Of a stretch of DNA of 8,148 bases, positions 6,262-8,148 are shown piece after piece. Origin of the DNA: Naegleria gruberi (taxonomy: Eukaryota); the NCBI GenBank assembly GCA_000004985.1, contig GG739091.1. One strand, 5' to 3'. The notes beneath the pieces are model-generated. The model was not told the origin of the DNA. It searched no databases and worked only from the letters and a program-made list of their open reading frames with translations. The translations under genes and the position numbers were made by a program. Numbering within the stretch: position 1 is the first letter of the stretch; each line of letters begins with the position of its first letter.

Positions 6262-7593
6262 TTAATCATAACTTGGTTCTGGCATGTTTTCATGACATAG
6301 GTCTCTATATCTTTCCACATCCCTTTCCCACTGATAAATATTTTCATGATCTTTTGATGACATGCATAACATCCTTGATACATTATACATTTGACCGTAG
6401 TATTCTGCTGCGTCATCAAGCCACTCATATTTATCAAACTTTTCCTTAATTGCTGATTGATATTGATGAACTAACTCTATCCACACATTATTATCTTTCA
6501 AGAGTTGTGGAATAATGTCCAAAGATGATAAAACAAGCAAAACACCTTGACTGTCAATATTTTCAAGATAAGGGCGTAAATTTTGAAGCATAATATTACC
6601 AATTAAATGCTTTTGGGTATCTTCAAGCTCAAATGAGGAGAGAAGAGCAAACGTAATCCTAAATCTCCATTCATTATCCAGTGGTTCGAATTTGAGAATT
6701 AAAGTTCCAATTTCCTCAACACTTATGAATTCTGCTTCCAAACCAACCACAATTCTCATAATCTCATTTCTATTGTCTGTTTGCGTAATTACGATTAATT
6801 CTGATTCTGATTCTACAATTTTTTTAATGGTAATATTAAAGCCACCTACAACTAATCTCCATTTGCATAACAGTTCAAATGATTTGGAGGTACTATTTGG
6901 GAGTAAATGAAGAATCTGCTTATCCAGCTCATCAATCAAATTGCTTCTATAAACTGGTGTTGAGATTGAATAAACCATCCGCTCCATAATTCCCAAATAT
7001 TCTGTAAAATTAGGGTATCTCAAGTAATAACCCAATACTTGTACTATCATTTTATCTAGAACATATTGTTGGGAAATATCAAAGAATGTGGAAGAGATAA
7101 GGTAGTTTAAACCCTTTTCAGCGTAAGAACTCGTAATGCTACTCAATCCGCTTCTATGGAATAGGTTGAAAAATAGCAAAAGATAAACGCCACCAATATT
7201 TGTCAACTTGGTACAATCATCCTTGACGGTATAAAAAGAATCAACAATAGACTGTAAGTGCTTATGAGTTGGATTGTTTTCAAAATAACCAACCATTTCA
7301 AAGCATGCTTTCAAAAATAACAATTCCTCTTTGTATTTGCTTGTCTTGATATATTTCTCAAACTCTGTTTTAGCTTTGCCCAACCACTTCTCTTCTGGGT
7401 TTCTGTTGTGGTACACGCAAACAAGCAAATAGGCAATAATGTAGCCAATAGAACCATCAGAAAATTGTTGTGTGGAGAGATGATCGATGTTGTTCAACAC
7501 TGTTGGGATCAATTGGTTGGTGAGTGGTTTTTCTGCAGCCGTTTTTATGTTTTGCATAACTTGGTGCATTTGTGAGGGTTGGATACTAAACAT
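6262..7593 (-). CDS. Hypothetical protein, 443 aa. Predicted largely alpha-helical, with no family I can recognise.
   Basis: It is the longest uninterrupted ORF in the window (1332 nt including stop), with non-repetitive composition and balanced amino-acid usage. No TM or signal segment is evident. Its 3' end lies 82 bp from the 3' end of the DUF4116 gene, so the two are convergent. Confidence 0.75.
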   Translation of the reverse strand: MFSIQPSQMHQVMQNIKTAAEKPLTNQLIPTVLNNIDHLSTQQFSDGSIGYIIAYLLVCVYHNRNPEEKWLGKAKTEFEKYIKTSKYKEELLFLKACFEMVGYFENNPTHKHLQSIVDSFYTVKDDCTKLTNIGGVYLLLFFNLFHRSGLSSITSSYAEKGLNYLISSTFFDISQQYVLDKMIVQVLGYYLRYPNFTEYLGIMERMVYSISTPVYRSNLIDELDKQILHLLPNSTSKSFELLCKWRLVVGGFNITIKKIVESESELIVITQTDNRNEIMRIVVGLEAEFISVEEIGTLILKFEPLDNEWRFRITFALLSSFELEDTQKHLIGNIMLQNLRPYLENIDSQGVLLVLSSLDIIPQLLKDNNVWIELVHQYQSAIKEKFDKYEWLDDAAEYYGQMYNVSRMLCMSSKDHENIYQWERDVERYRDLCHENMPEPSYD

Positions 7594-8148
7594 TTTTTTG
7601 AGGCAAGGTAAATTTTTATTTATTTTCTAGGGTTAATTTTCCCAAAATGTTTACTTTTTATTCAAAACCTTATTGAAAATGAATTATTATTGAAAGTAAG
7701 CGATACCAACAACCACCCATTGTTAGAACCTAGTATTAAATTAATATGCTCTGAGTCTTTTCAACTGCGCCAAAACCCCAACACATTATCCACCTTAATT
7801 CTCAATGCTTAACTCAATAATCGCCTATCCAAAAAAAAACATAAATAACAGTTGTTTGAAGCAAATCTTATTCTAAACCAAACTAATCCTTTATTAATAC
7901 CACTAACAATCATTACAATTCGCCAACCAGCAAAACCAAAAAGGACCTTTAAATCTATCGAAAAGTGGGTCCTGAAATTTGGACCCGACTTATTTACTAT
8001 TAAAAATTGAGTGTAATTTGGCTTGAACGCTAGGATTACAAAAAGGTTTTCAAGCTTGGAGAATTATTTGTTCGCTTGCAACTCCCATCAAGAAAATTTT
8101 AATAATCGTGAAAAAACTGGAAGTTTGGATTTTGGAACGTTAAAAAAA

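Noticed and set aside
6262-7593. LanC-like or nucleotidyltransferase assignment for the 443-aa protein.
   Set aside because: It has a few G-x-x-G turns, but the LanC Cys/His zinc-ligand motifs and the GS...[DE]h[DE]h nucleotidyltransferase motif are both absent. I cannot support either assignment without an HMM search.
7594-8148. CA-rich strand asymmetry and terminal A-run in the region upstream of the 443-aa gene.
   Set aside because: It is a compositional skew only. No repeat unit, ORF or structured element was found, apart from the small GGGTCC(n8)GGACCC palindrome at 7969-7988.
1-8148. Prokaryotic-style systems (CRISPR, defence islands, toxin-antitoxin, integrons).
   Set aside because: The sequence is eukaryotic: scaffold N gaps, poly-Ser and N/Q low-complexity proteins, and long AT-rich spacers. 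The only regular repeat is a 10-bp minisatellite without spacers. No CRISPR-like architecture is present.

Overview
This is an AT-rich window (roughly one-third GC) from a draft, scaffolded eukaryotic genome. The eukaryotic call rests on two runs of N (2670-2895 and 3725-3774), long AT-rich intergenic spacers without Shine-Dalgarno-like signals, and proteins with eukaryote-style low-complexity tracts (poly-Ser, N/Q-rich). The organism cannot be named from sequence alone; it looks like an intron-poor protist or fungus. No rRNA, tRNA, CRISPR array or prokaryotic-style defence or mobile system was found.

The supportable content is:
- a complete small heat-shock protein gene (Hsp20/alpha-crystallin domain) on the minus strand, with an unusual N-terminal signal-anchor and a long low-complexity linker;
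- a truncated, frameshifted copy of that gene's 3' half elsewhere in the window;
- a ~1.7-1.9 kb unit present twice in tandem (about 96% identity plus indels). Each copy runs from a ~600-bp segment carrying a small basic ORF, through a minus-strand gene slot, to a conserved 88-bp upstream element. Copy A is broken by the larger scaffold gap;
- a DUF4116-type repeat gene interrupted by two 1-bp frameshifts, both at homopolymers, so these are probably assembly errors;
- a 443-aa hypothetical gene on the minus strand;
- a putative signal-peptide/TM glycoprotein ORF that lacks an in-frame ATG;
- a 10-bp minisatellite and two hairpin/inverted-repeat structures.
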